A DNA stretch of 64,000 nt from Callorhinchus milii (taxonomy: Eukaryota), in the NCBI RefSeq assembly GCF_018977255.1, contig NW_024704743.1, positions 106,270,001 to 106,334,000 on the forward strand. Reading direction: 5' to 3'. The notes under the pieces are model-generated. The model did not search any database. It saw only the letters and a list, made by a program, of their open reading frames with translations, and was not told the origin of the DNA. The position numbers and the translations under genes are program-made. This document shows, one piece after another, positions 52,385 through 64,000 of the stretch (position 1 is its first letter; each line of letters begins with the position of its first letter).

Positions 52385-52974
52385 CTGAACGAGACAAGAT
52401 GTGATGAAATTACACATTTTTAAATTTTTTTAAAAAAAAACTGTTCTGTAATGCTCACCTTTACTAGTTTTATAATCGTGATTGAATTCTGCAACACTAT
52501 AGCCTGAACTAAAACTTATGTACAATACAAGGAGGATAATGCCTGCTGCTATACAGTGAAACAATGAACTCTAAGCGTCTTAACTTAGCCTTAAGTGTCA
52601 CAACATTGGTTTCCTTCCATATTGTTTGGAAAAGAAAATCTGTTTAAACAGGCTTTGGAGAGGTAATGGTTCCAACTATCCGAAAAGAGAACAGCGTTTA
52701 TCCCAGTGTCCTGGTCAAAAATCCCCCAAATAGAATTGTCATTCACTTCATGGCTGTTTGGGGGATATTACTGTGTACAAATTGGCTGCCACATTAGCCC
52801 ACACAAAAACAATATCCTGTGAAGCATTTTCAAAAGCCCTCAACATGATTATTACTATTAATGCAATTCCAAATTTATCTGATTTTTTATATATTTTACC
52901 TAACATTGTTGGCAGATAATAAGGCAAATCTATCCTGCAAATAACAGTGAGGAGAAAAAATTAAAACTACATAC

Positions 52975-53142
52975 CTGGTAACTTAAATAGAAAATGGTCA
53001 GCTACGGAGTGACAGGGTCGTCCTTTCTGGATTATTACTTTAGCTAAAAAATAGTAATAGTCTACAGGAATGGCACCATGATAATAAACAATCAGGACAG
53101 GACCTTCATCAGGAATCTTTTCCAATCCATGAACTTCATAAC
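52975..53142 (-). CDS. TMEM68: TMEM68 coding exon 2 (contains the acyltransferase His/Asp motif YYHGAIPVD)
   Basis: TTCCTTAG|GT...CCAG|GTATG, 168 nt, GYEVHGLEKIPDEGPVLIVYYHGAIPVDYYYF...HFLFKLP; phase matches the flanking exons. Confidence 0.95.
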
Positions 53143-55649
53143 CTAAGGAAAGAAGCATAAAGTTTGCAACTCCTTTCAGAAGGTGTAGGATTATTATCAA
53201 TTGTATACAAAAACATCAGGAAACATATTGAAACTCCATTTCACAGCAAATCCTGTGAAGCACTTTGTGACATCCTCCGATGTTAAAGACCATACCATAT
53301 GCAAGGATTATTAAGTATTTGCTGAAAATAAACAGAGTTCTTGAAAGAGGTTTTGGTATGGACAAAATATGCAGCATTGCAAAGGTAGCTGTCATATTAA
53401 TAATTACTTCAGTCAATCCAAGTTAAACTTGGATCTCACATTGATGTCTCAGTATTGTCAAAGTATTTATTAAGATATCAAATAAAACAGCATATAATTT
53501 GCACCGCCTACTTGCATAACTATTATACACTTTTATAAATTTAAATCACGTTGCTATAATCCTCTAAATGTTAGCAGAAGTAAAGCAAAATTAACTTAAA
53601 GACCAGTGGAGCTTTGCTGCAGAGTTAACCATTACTTAAATTCTACTAGTTTTCTATAAATAAATAACAAGTTAAATAATCAATTGACAAGTAGAGAAGG
53701 ATTGCTGCTAATCTCACAAGGGCACAATTTTAAGAGGTGGCCTACAGTCAGATCTAGCTTCCCATAAAGGCACTGACTGCACTGTTACAGGTGCATTTTT
53801 TTTCATGACTTTGGTCAACCTTTCAGCTGATCCAGAGATATGACAGTTAAGTTGGAGCAATTACAAGGAGCAAGTGGGACTAGAGTACATTCTCACTTTA
53901 AAATGAAATCACGTATGCTACTCCCTTCAAAGATGTTAATTTGGTCCTGTAATCCCTTTGTAATACAAAAATAATGATTAATATGCATACAAGTCTTAAA
54001 ATAAATTTTAATTTTTGCAGCAGTTCTGAATGACTTCTGTAAGAGAACAATGAGCGCCGCATAATTAATTACCACTGGGCCATTATCTAACAATTCTTTG
54101 TTGGTCTATTTCCTTTTGCCATTTCTATCTATAATAATCCTTGCATTTCGTATTTGATATTTATTCTACAGAATATTGGAGGTGAAAATCTGGAATTTAC
54201 TAAACGTATGAAAAAAGCTGTTAATGCTAACAGTATTTTCAAATTTATCACATGTATCCCTCATGAATGAAGAAAGCAAGACTGTTTGCTAAAACAGAGA
54301 CAACAGCTGAAGATGCTGCTGTTAAGGGTTTCACCAAGATTATTAGCGGAGCATTTATGAAAACATGCCAACTAATCTGCAACCCTCATGCAGTTCAAGG
54401 TGATAACTAAACATTCTGATGGTGCTGCTATAATTGAAATGTGTCTGATTTTTCAATTTAGTTAATATGAAAATCAAGTTTATATTTTACTATGGACTAG
54501 TCTTTGCGAAACCAGAGATAAAGCAACTTTCTAAACTGGTTACGGATTCTGTAGTAAATGATCGACTAAACTTGACAAATTTAAAAAAAACGAATTATTA
54601 TCAATGCAGAATCCACCCCCATACAAAAAAAAGTTACAGATGTTATGTAATAAACGCCTGCTCTTAATTTATTATGTATTCTGTTCAGATCATCCTCAAG
54701 GTGGGGGTCGGGGGGAACAAAAAAAGGAATTCTGTTCACAATAAAAAAAACACCCCCATGAGGTTATTCTTTTCCTTTGTAAGCAATTGGAGAATGGTTT
54801 AAAACCTTCTGACACTTGAAAACAATTTGCAAGTTTCAATTAAATCAGTGCAAACATTTTGTTGATCTCTTAGTACCATTCAGCAATGCAGGATATGTTT
54901 GCCAAATCAGAACACAGATTTGTAGTGGTTTACTTAATTTTAAAGTGAAGCTTTGCAGGAACGTGAAAAATCACAGAGGCCTGTGGACAGGTGACATGAG
55001 ATTTGTTTGTCTTACTGTGAAACAGATCATTGCTTATGAAGAAAATGAGAAACAGTTGCTGGCTCCGAAATAACCTCTCTTAACCTAACTTCACAAGAAT
55101 ACTGATGCTAACACTGAACCCTGGAGGTTAGTTCAAATAATTTATAATTATTAAATCAGGATATTAACACAAAATTGGCCAACATAATCTCAATCCTGCT
55201 AGTGTTAATTCCGACCCATATTGTGCAGTTCTTGGCTACATTAGGTTTTTAATATGTTTGATTCTACTAGAAAATCCACCATTTACAGCCTCATTTCCAG
55301 CAACTAGCAGAATGGGATGGGAGAATGCTGTTCTGAGTGTGCTTTTACTTTATCAAAAATAGATTTGGGTTTTAAGAAAGTCTTTAGAAGTACATTGAGT
55401 TCTTGTGATAGCCTTTCATAAAACAAGCAAAAACTCAATTGAGTTGAAGATTTAATATTTTTACATCAATTACTCTTGTGCTCAATGGCAAAGGAAGTAA
55501 AACCACCAGTAAGTCGGCAAATGCGCTAGGAGTCTAGTGGGAGTTTACACGCGGACCCACAGAAATTGGTACTTACCAATAAGTACCCTTAAATTCACTT
55601 AAAATAAAAATGCTGCTGAAAAGGGTGTCTGAACACCAATATGGCTAAA

Positions 55650-55831
55650 AAAAGGGTAACCACTGGTTGCTTTAAGACAGGTGGTTGCCAATTAGAGATG
55701 GTTTATTATGGAAAATTGGTCGATACTGTTCTAGGGACTGTTGTTGACAGCAGGTGGTTTCTGAATAGGGGTGGTTGACGAATAAAGACAGTTGTTGAAT
55801 AAAGGTGATTTCTTTAACAAGTTTGACTGTA
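55650..55831. mobile_element. Probable Tc1/pogo (Tigger-like) DNA transposon end
   Basis: Repeated GGTGGTTG subterminal motifs ending AAGTTTGACTG+TA, a TIR-like CAGTCAAAC with a TA target. The partner TIR was not found. Confidence 0.45.
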
Positions 55832-56596
55832 TATGCACTTCTGCAGTGTTTATAAAAAAGTTTGATAACTTGGGAACAAATTTAATATAAATTAGGAATA
55901 GCTTTCACTCAGACCCCCAAACGCCTGGTTTTGGTGCATAACATAATTTTTTTTTACTTTTTAACATTATTGAAGAAACAATCACATCTCTACAGGATGA
56001 GTGGCCCAAGAGTTTCAAAAGAGAATGGAGGCCAAGCTCTGTTAATCATGCAGCCCAAACACAGAAATAACAAATGTTTGAATGTGGGTTTACCTGTTCC
56101 ACCACACTATGCATTGGTTCAATAAATTTGGACCAAATTCAACTTTTAGAGAAACTTTTGAAACACCATTCCTGTGTTCTCTGTAAAAATAGAACTCAAT
56201 AGTACAACGGGCACCTTCTTCCACCTTCAGCCAGACCTCTTCTGCTCACAAATCAGTATCTGCACACTGCAGGGACTATATGACCTTGAATCTACGTAAA
56301 ATACATTGTGACATTTTGAGAATTTTCATTTCTACATGTCTTGACTTCAAACAAAACAATGATACTGTCTTTACAATCATTTCAAAATTTATCCTCCAGC
56401 ACTTTAAAAAAAACTCTCCCAACCAAGGTTAAGAGAGAAAACACAGCAAGTTTGCTTTCCCATTCAGAAGGACCGTTAAGATTCCATTTTCCTTGAGACG
56501 AGATTAAACATTTCAAATTCACCTAACCCTAACCCTAAGTACGTTTCCCATAAATAGAAAAACATGGATATTAAAGCTTTATCCAGAACATTGTTT

Positions 56597-56840
56597 TTAG
56601 AAACGGGAATAGGCCATTCAGCCCCTCGAGTCTGTTCCGCCGTTCGATAATTTATGGCTGATCTGCACTTCAACTTCATTTACCCACCTTTGCACCATAT
56701 TCCTGATACCCTTACCTAAGAGAAATCTATCCACTTCAATCTTGAAAATTTGAATTGATCCACAGCGTTTGGGGAGAGATTTCCAGATTTACTCGAATTA
56801 CCTTGTGTGTGCAAAAAGTGCTTCCTGATTTTACTCCTAA
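56597..56840 (-). mobile_element. CR1-type LINE 3' fragment
   Basis: GAATAGGCCATTCAGCCCCTCGAGTCTGTTCCGCC...GGGAGAGATTTCCAGATT; a shorter relative lies at about 62865-62920. Confidence 0.75.
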
Positions 56841-57307
56841 AGGAAGTTTTAATTTTATTTTAACCTTTGCTTCATTTAACATGAAAACGTACTAAAATAC
56901 AGCCTTGGCTTTCTATTACCTACTCCATTTAGTTTTTGATGCAATTTTTTGCATGTCTTCTTAAAACACAAAAACATCTGAATCGCTTCCTATTTTGCTG
57001 TTTTTCTACTTTCCCACCTGTCCCCATGTTTCTCTGTGCGGGCTCCACATCCACACAGTATTTGAGTCAGTGATCTATATAACAGCAGCTGCTATTTCCA
57101 AGACTAAATCCTGGACCAATAGAAAAGTGAGGCCACACTTTCTTGGCGGAATCCGCTACAAACTTCCCCCCCCACTACAAACCCACTATAGTGTAGTTTG
57201 GGCCCTGGGCCTCTGCCCACACAGATAGAGTTGGGGGCGGGGTAGCTCCGGATGCTCACGTGCTGTGCAGCGCTAGCGGAAAATGGGCTTCATCTGGAGG
57301 CCCCGCC

Positions 57308-58460
57308 ATTGTGATTGTCTGTGTGTATCTCTCTCTCTGAGTGTCTGTATGTCTATGCGTCTCTCTCTATGTGTTTATGTGTCTCTTTATATGTTTGTGA
57401 ATGTCTGTATGTGTTTGTGTCTATTTGTATGCGTCTTTGTCGCTATGTGTTTGAGTGTCTGTATGTGTGTCTCTATGCATTTAAGAGTGTCTGTATGTGC
57501 GTCTCTGTGTGTCTCTCTATATGAGTTTGTGAGCATCTGTATGTGTGTTTCTCTCTATGTGTGTGTCTCTCTCTGTTTGTGAGCGTCTATGTGTCTCTCT
57601 CTCCCCCGATGTGTTTGTAAGTGTCTGTTTCTTTGTCAGTGTCTGTCTCTCTCTCTGTTTGAGTGTCTGTCTCTCTCTATGTGTTTGTGAGTGTCTGTGT
57701 GTCTCTTTGTGTTTGAGTGTCTGAGTCTCTCTCTATGTATTTAAGAGTCTGTGTCTCTCTCTACGTGTTTGTTAGTGTCTGTGTCTTTATGGTTTGTGAG
57801 TCTCTCTATGAGTATATCTTTCTCTCTATTTGTTTGTCTGTGTGTCTCTCTCTTCTGTGTGTCTGCCTCTCTGTACGTTTGTGAGTCTCTATGTGTATGT
57901 CTCTCTTTCTCTTAGTGTTTGTGTGTGTATCATTCTCCTGTGTGTCTGCGTGTGTCTTTCTGTTTGTGAGTGTCTATGTGAGTGTGTGTGTCTCTATGTT
58001 TGTGAGTGTCTCTGTGAGTATGTCTCTCTTTCTGTGCTTGTGTGTGTCTGTGTGTCTCTCTCCCATGCGTCTCTACTTCTGAGTGTCTATATGTGAGTGT
58101 GTCCCTCTTTCTCTCTGTGTTTGTCTGTGTCAGTGTGTCTGTGTCTCTCGCTGTTTGTGAATGTCTATATGTGAGTATGTCTCCCTTTCTCTCTGTTTGT
58201 GTGTGCCTCATTCTCCTGTGTGTCTGCGTGTCTCTTGCTGTTTGTGAGTGTATGTGAGTGTGTGTCTTTCTCTCTGTGTTCATGCATCTGTGTGTCTCTC
58301 TCCCCTGTGTGTGTCTCTCTGTTTGTGAGTGTCTATATGTGAATGTGTTTCTCTTTCTCTGTTTGTGTCTCATTCTCCTCTGTGTGTGCTCTCTCTATGT
58401 GTTTGCGAGTGTGTATCTCTCTCTCTGTTTGTGAATCTCTCTCTGTGTCTGTCTGTGTGT
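57308..58460. repeat. Degenerate compound (TG)n/(TC)n low-complexity array, about 1.15 kb, in a TMEM68 intron
   Basis: Continuous TGTG/TCTC units with recurring TGTTTGTGAGTGTCT motifs. Confidence 0.95.
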
Positions 58461-59685
58461 GGTCCCAGGTTCCTGAGAGCTCCTGTAGCTTTGCTGATGT
58501 CATCCCCCTCAAAAAAAAGGCCATCCATTTTTTTGTTAAAAGAAGCAATTAATCTTTTTTTTGCCACAATCTAATATGTGTTATTTTCTCATGTTTAGGT
58601 TTTATCAATAAAGTGAAAAAATGTAGGCTGGCAGTAAAATGTTCTTCAATAGCACCAATCAACCCCCCACAATTTTCCATAACATTTGCAAATCTCCCTG
58701 CAACTTTTGGCAATATTTCCGCAGTTTTCTATTGGCTCAGGCTATAACTGATGTTTCTCTCACCACTATATAAGCGCTAAAACACAAGAGGTCATTCAGT
58801 CCATCAAGCCTATTTCTTTCAGATTCATGTGTGATCACTCTATTCAGCCCTCATTGAGGATAATAATCCTTGCTTTTGAAATAGCACCTTATCCCATCTT
58901 CGAGTCTCAAAAGTGCTTCACAGAATATACTGTAAAATGAATTGACTGTATATGTTGTGGGCAAAACACGGCAGCCAATTGATCAGATTTTCAAAATTCA
59001 AGCTTCCTGTACTCCAAAGTAATCAAACAGGTGCTACTATTCCGAGAACCTGCAATCACCATACCATATACATAATAACGTATGACTTACAACTATGCCA
59101 GATATATCATATATCAATATATCAAGCTTGATAAATTGAATATTAAACAATATATGCAGCAAAAAGATAAATCTTTAGTAGATATGATCTGAGTACATTT
59201 TAAATATAGCTCCTTTGCATATTTGAACTTGTTACACAGGATTAATTGCTTTTAAGAAGCAATATTATTCTGTATAAGGCAATATAACAATTTTAAATGC
59301 ATGCATTTTCAAAGAGTATTATCTATCAACAAGAAAAAACAATGACGAAGAGCAAAGAAGGAATACATTTCCTACATTTCAGTATTGCTTACCGTTTCAG
59401 TGTCTTTGTATATGAACATTTCAAGATAGAATAGAAATTTCTTGTGTACAATTATCTTTACCCCAACTTCAATACTAGATATTTTAAACGTGAAATCTTC
59501 TTTGGTTTAAAATATAAAATTTTCCTTCCGAGCCCAATGGTCTTCTAAACTACATGCATCTACCTGCACAACTATTATTTTCTGACAAGTGAAAATATAC
59601 ATTTTATTTAAAACTCTTTTTTCAAATATGTTAGAACATGTGGAACGCAACACACCATCTACTTTAAAAATTAAAATGTTTTTAC

Positions 59686-60007
59686 CATGCCATATTGTTG
59701 CATGTCCATCCCACAGAGTTGCCAAGGTCTTCCTAGCACCGTCCCAAAAATTAATTGAATAAGCTTCTTTCAGTTCCTTCTTTCTTTTGTATACATGTAG
59801 GAAAAGAATGGATAGGTAGAGAAACAAAACAATAAACAAGGGTAGAATAAAGACAACGATGAATGGAGTGAAGACCCACAGGAGGTAGTCCAGGTAATTT
59901 AAGGAGCCTTCCAGGATTTCCAGGCCTGTCCATTTTTCCAACACGTCAATCATACAAGACAGAAAAGTGCCACAGTTTTGTCCTTCCTCATAGGATTCGT
60001 CAGCCAT
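59686..60007 (-). CDS. TMEM68: TMEM68 (DIESL acyltransferase), first coding exon; the exon extends 5' to an acceptor at about 60115
   Basis: ATG at 60007, MADESYEEGQ...LLWVFTPFIVVFILP...HVYKRKKELKEAYS...WDGARKTLATLWDGHATIWH. Donor G|GTAAA at 59686/59685. Upstream acceptor TTTTTTTTCCTGCAG at 60116. Confidence 0.93.
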
Positions 60008-61112
60008 ATTGAACAATCATCATCAAACACCAAAACACAGTGCAAAGAGTTTGCGGATCATTGCAGCAGGCATGAGCGTATTCTCTCTCAAGACCACAAT
60101 GGAGTCGTTATGAAACTGCAGGAAAAAAAATAAAGAATTTTGATCATCTCAACAGAACTCCCTCCAGTATTCACCTTAGAGAAAGATTTGTAGTCAAGTT
60201 TAAAACAACTTCAAACTGGGTTTATCTGAGCCAGAGGTTTGGAAGTCAATTATCAATACTCCAATGAACTTTCATTTATTTTCTCTTCTTCGTAGTATAA
60301 ACTGTACCATGCTTCCCTTACTGTATGACAACTAACAACTTCACGCAAATTATAATTTAGATTTCCATTATAATTTTATATTGATAACCACTAAACATTT
60401 TAATATTTTGTACTGTATTGCCATATGGTGCATTCATACAATTTTACATTTATATAATGCCTTTCACGTCAGGAGGACATCCTAAGCAACTTGAGAGTGC
60501 TGGCTTGGCACCCGATCTGAGCGTAGGAGCCAAGAGAGGCGGGTAAGGGAAATAACTGAAGCTTCGATCAAAGAGATGGATCTTGAAAGAAGTGAGGAAG
60601 GAGGTAAATCAGAGGGACTCTGGGATGGAGTTCCAGAGAGTGATATAACACAAGCTAGAAACAGGTTTAAAGCAATGCCCACTTTCTACAGTAATATTAT
60701 TTACATGCAGTAGGGGAAGAAAAGACAGTAAAATTAAGGAAGAAATACTTGGAACCTTAAAGCATTCATGACTTCTGGATGATTGTCAATTTTCCTCTGC
60801 TACTTCTATGTTAGTTTTATCCACATGTTGCAGACTATACTACTGGCCTAGAGTCAAACTTAAAACTGCATTGCAAAGTAATGCAACAGTTTTCAGCAGC
60901 AGATTTGATATGCCAGTTACAATCTACTGATAAACTCTGTGGGAAACTCAGTAGCTTATCAATGGATTCACTGTACTTTAAGACACTGGCTCCAAAAAAG
61001 ACCATATTTACTGTACTTTTTCTAAAATGTAGAAAACAAAACTGTACAAACAATACTATAATCTAAAACTGCAAAATTACATAATATAATTCAGTTTTCA
61101 TTCCATACAAAA

Positions 61113-61953
61113 TTACATTTGTACAGTGTCTTTCACGTTAGGAGGATGTCCCAAAGCTCTGAACAGTTAGGGATTTGGACCCGAGCTGGCGGGGAGGGCA
61201 GGGCATGGTAGGAGGGTGGCCGAAGGAGCAGTCGAAGGAGAGTTTTGAGATGTGCCTTGAAGGAAGCAAAGGAGGGAAAAGGGTGAAGGAAATGTAGTTC
61301 CAAAGGATGAGGGCAGAAAGACTATAAGCCCAAACGCCACTGGTGGGGCGGGCTGAACAGGGGACATGGAGCAGACTACAGCCTGCTGAGCGGAGGGAAC
61401 AGGCAGGTTGATATGGGGTCATCAGATCGCAGAGGTAGGAAGGAGCAAGGCCGTGGATGGCCTTGAAGGTGAGGACAATGATTTTGAACTCTATCCTCTG
61501 GGGAATGAGGAGCAAGTGGAGCCGGGCGAGGGTAGGGGTGATGGGGTCACAGAGCCTGGTGTGGGAGAGGGCACGAGCTGCAGAGTTCTGGATGATCTGC
61601 AGCTTGTGGAGGGAAGCATTGGGAAGGTCAATGAGGAGGGAGTTGGCATAGTCAAGCCTAGATGTGATGAACGCATGAATAACAGTTTCAGCGGCCTGAG
61701 GGGTGAGACAATGGTGGAGCCAAAGGATGTTGCGGAGGTGGGGGAAGGCAGAGCGGCTCATGGCACGGATGTGGGGTAGAAAGGACAGTTGAGAGTCAAA
61801 CAAGACACCAAGGTTCCGGACTGGCTTAGTGAGGTGGAGTGTGCAACCATGGATGGTGATGCTGCCAGTGCCTGAGGTGAGGTGGTGCTGCTGTGAGCCA
61901 ATCTGGAGAGCCTCAGTCTTGTTGACATTCAACTGTAGAAGGTTAGTTGTCAT
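61113..61953 (-). mobile_element. L2 LINE 3' fragment (5'-truncated)
   Basis: 271-aa ORF LQLNVNKTEAL...[14 protein letters not shown]...HAFITSRLDYANSLL, paralogous to the full-length L2, plus the 3' tail. Confidence 0.92.
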
Positions 61954-61954
61954 C

Positions 61955-62680
61955 CAACAACAACAACAGAATTATATTTGTATAGCGCCTTTCACGTCAG
62001 GAGAACGTCCCAAGGTGCTGAACAAAGTTACGGACCTGAGCTGAGGGTCGGGGTTGGGGAGGGGGGAAGGCGGGGGGGCGCAGGGAGATTGAAAGCACAG
62101 TCAAAGAGGAAGATCTTGACGTGGGTCCTACTTAGGAATTAGGAGCAGGCCATTCGGCACTAGAGCCTGGCCCGAAGGTGGCGAGGGAGGGGGGGAGACG
62201 GAGGGACTGCGGGATGGAGTTCCAGAGAGTGGGTGCAGAGTAGTGGAAGACCCGCCCACCGATAGTGGTGCAAGCAAGGCAGGGGGCATGAAGCAGGTCA
62301 GAGCCCGCTGAGCGGAGGGAGTGAACAGGATGGAGGGGCTTAGGAGGTCAGAGAGGTAGGGGGGAGCAAGACCATGGAGGGCTTTGAAGATGAGGACCAG
62401 GATCTTGAACTGTATCCTCTGACAAATATTCTGTCAGGACAGCAGAGGTCCTGAAGTCGAGGGTGGAGGCAGAGAGATAAGAGTTAGGTGTCATCCGCAT
62501 ACATATGGAAGTTGACCCCATGTCTGTGCATAAGGTTGCCAAGAGGGAACATATAGATATTGAAGAAGAGGGGACGAAGGACAGAGTCCTGAGGAACGCC
62601 GCACGAGACGGTGGGAGAGCTAGGATCTGAACCATTCAAGGACAGAACCATGATGGTTGAGATGAGAGGAGGTGGAGGAA
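61955..62680 (-). mobile_element. Second L2 fragment, internally deleted, directly abutting the previous one
   Basis: (CAA)n tail at 61955, L2 3' end, then the YADD-region sequence GTCATCCGCATACATATGGAAGTTGACCCC. Confidence 0.85.
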
Positions 62681-64000
62681 ATAGTGGTCCAGTGGAATCT
62701 AAAGTGCAGATTTAGACACACATATTAATCAAAAATCAGATTCTGATTACATTTTCTTCTTTAGAATTACAAACCACACCACAAACAGCAAAATTCAACA
62801 TATTCAACATCACTCAACTGCAGTAATTTAGATCCATTTTGATGCATCAACCCTATGCATTGGAACAGGAGTAGGCCATTAAGCCCCTCGAGCCTGTTCC
62901 GCCATTCTCGTAGATCATGGCTAAAAGCAAACATCTCTGTAGGTTTGAATGGGGGATACAATCTATTTCTCCTCATCTTTGTAAAGGATGTATTTCTCCT
63001 TGTATTGACAGCTTTGAACTTCAATTTCCAGACATAAGATTTTTTTTACAAAAAAAATCTAGATCTATGGTGATTATTTTACATTCTTTACTCCACCTAT
63101 CATCAGACATACAAGCTGGACAGTTGCCAAGGCATAATAATAATCCTTACATTTGATATAGCGTCTTATCACATCTTCGAGACATCTCAAAGAGCTTCAC
63201 AGAATATACTGTAAAGTGTAGTGTCTGTATATTTCGAGGACCAAAATAATTTGCTTACTAAAGGGCACCACTGCAATAATCAATTTTATTCCTTTATGTT
63301 TCGAGACACTACCCCACGTGAATGGCACTATAAGAATGCAAGTTGTAAATGATGTTACTGTTTTCTACATTGTTTTTCAATGCATAGAATTACTTTTTAA
63401 AAAGCTGGTCACACACTTCCAAGACTATTACTCAGCTAGAATGTTATGTGGTAATCCACCACGAACAGCACAGTGTAAAACTGCTTTACAAATCCATTCT
63501 TGTAAATTCTGGCAGAGGAATTTAAGGAATTGCCATCCATCAACAGACCTTTATCATTGCTTGGTTTGTAAATCACTAAATGCAAATCCAGTTCATCCTC
63601 AACAACTCAGTTTCAACCAGGTAGGAAGCTTAAGCACGAGTCTACACACCAGAATATGTGATCTTATTGTGTAGAGATACAAATACCTTCAATTCATTCT
63701 TTACATTTTGTAATTTCACAAAAATAACAAATATATTACTAGTTAGAAATGATCATTTACCTTTTGTTCCACACTTTAAGATCATTCCTCCTCGGTGCAG
63801 CGTATCCACAAGTGATCGAGGTGGCGCAAACGGGCTACATAAATGTTTAAAAATAAGTATTTTTAGAGAATGGAGTTACTGATGCCAATTGTGTATTGTT
63901 GTAGCCAAGCAGAAATTCAGACTTATTTGATTGTCACCTTTTAAACCTGCAGCAGAATTTTTTTTTTAGAAAACCTGTAAGACATCTCCTGGGAGTTTTA

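Noticed and set aside
56520..56540. Interstitial telomeric repeat (CCTAACCCTAACCCTAA)
   Set aside because: Fewer than three full units; too short to distinguish from chance.
57283..58574. Many Cys/Val/Ser-rich and Arg/His/Thr-rich ORFs
   Set aside because: They are translations of TG/TC low-complexity repeat that lacks stop codons.

Overview
This is eukaryotic, AT-rich vertebrate DNA. The repeat families (DeuSINE-type SINEs, L2 and CR1 LINEs, shark-type palindromic repeats) suggest a cartilaginous fish; that assignment is inference. Two genes converge tail to tail, as in the human XKR4-TMEM68 arrangement. XKR4 (+) is represented by its last coding exon (17035-17962), which carries one 1-nt frameshift, preceded by about 17 kb of intron and followed by a probably very long 3' UTR. 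TMEM68 (-) has all six coding exons (60007 to 48311, 329 aa) with canonical GT-AG junctions. The rest is intronic, UTR or intergenic DNA dense in repeats. These include an apparently full-length single-ORF L2 LINE (about 4245-7760), its partner tRNA-derived SINE with the same 3' stem-loop, older DeuSINE- and AmnSINE2-like copies, and CR1/L2 fragments. The most interesting items are (i) palindromic elements built from minimal hammerhead-ribozyme cores with covarying stems, (ii) the near-intact L2/SINE pair, (iii) two uORFs coupled by a TGATG stop-start, the second overlapping the TMEM68 start codon, and (iv) unclassified hairpin repeat families. All family names come from recognition of the sequence, not from database searches.
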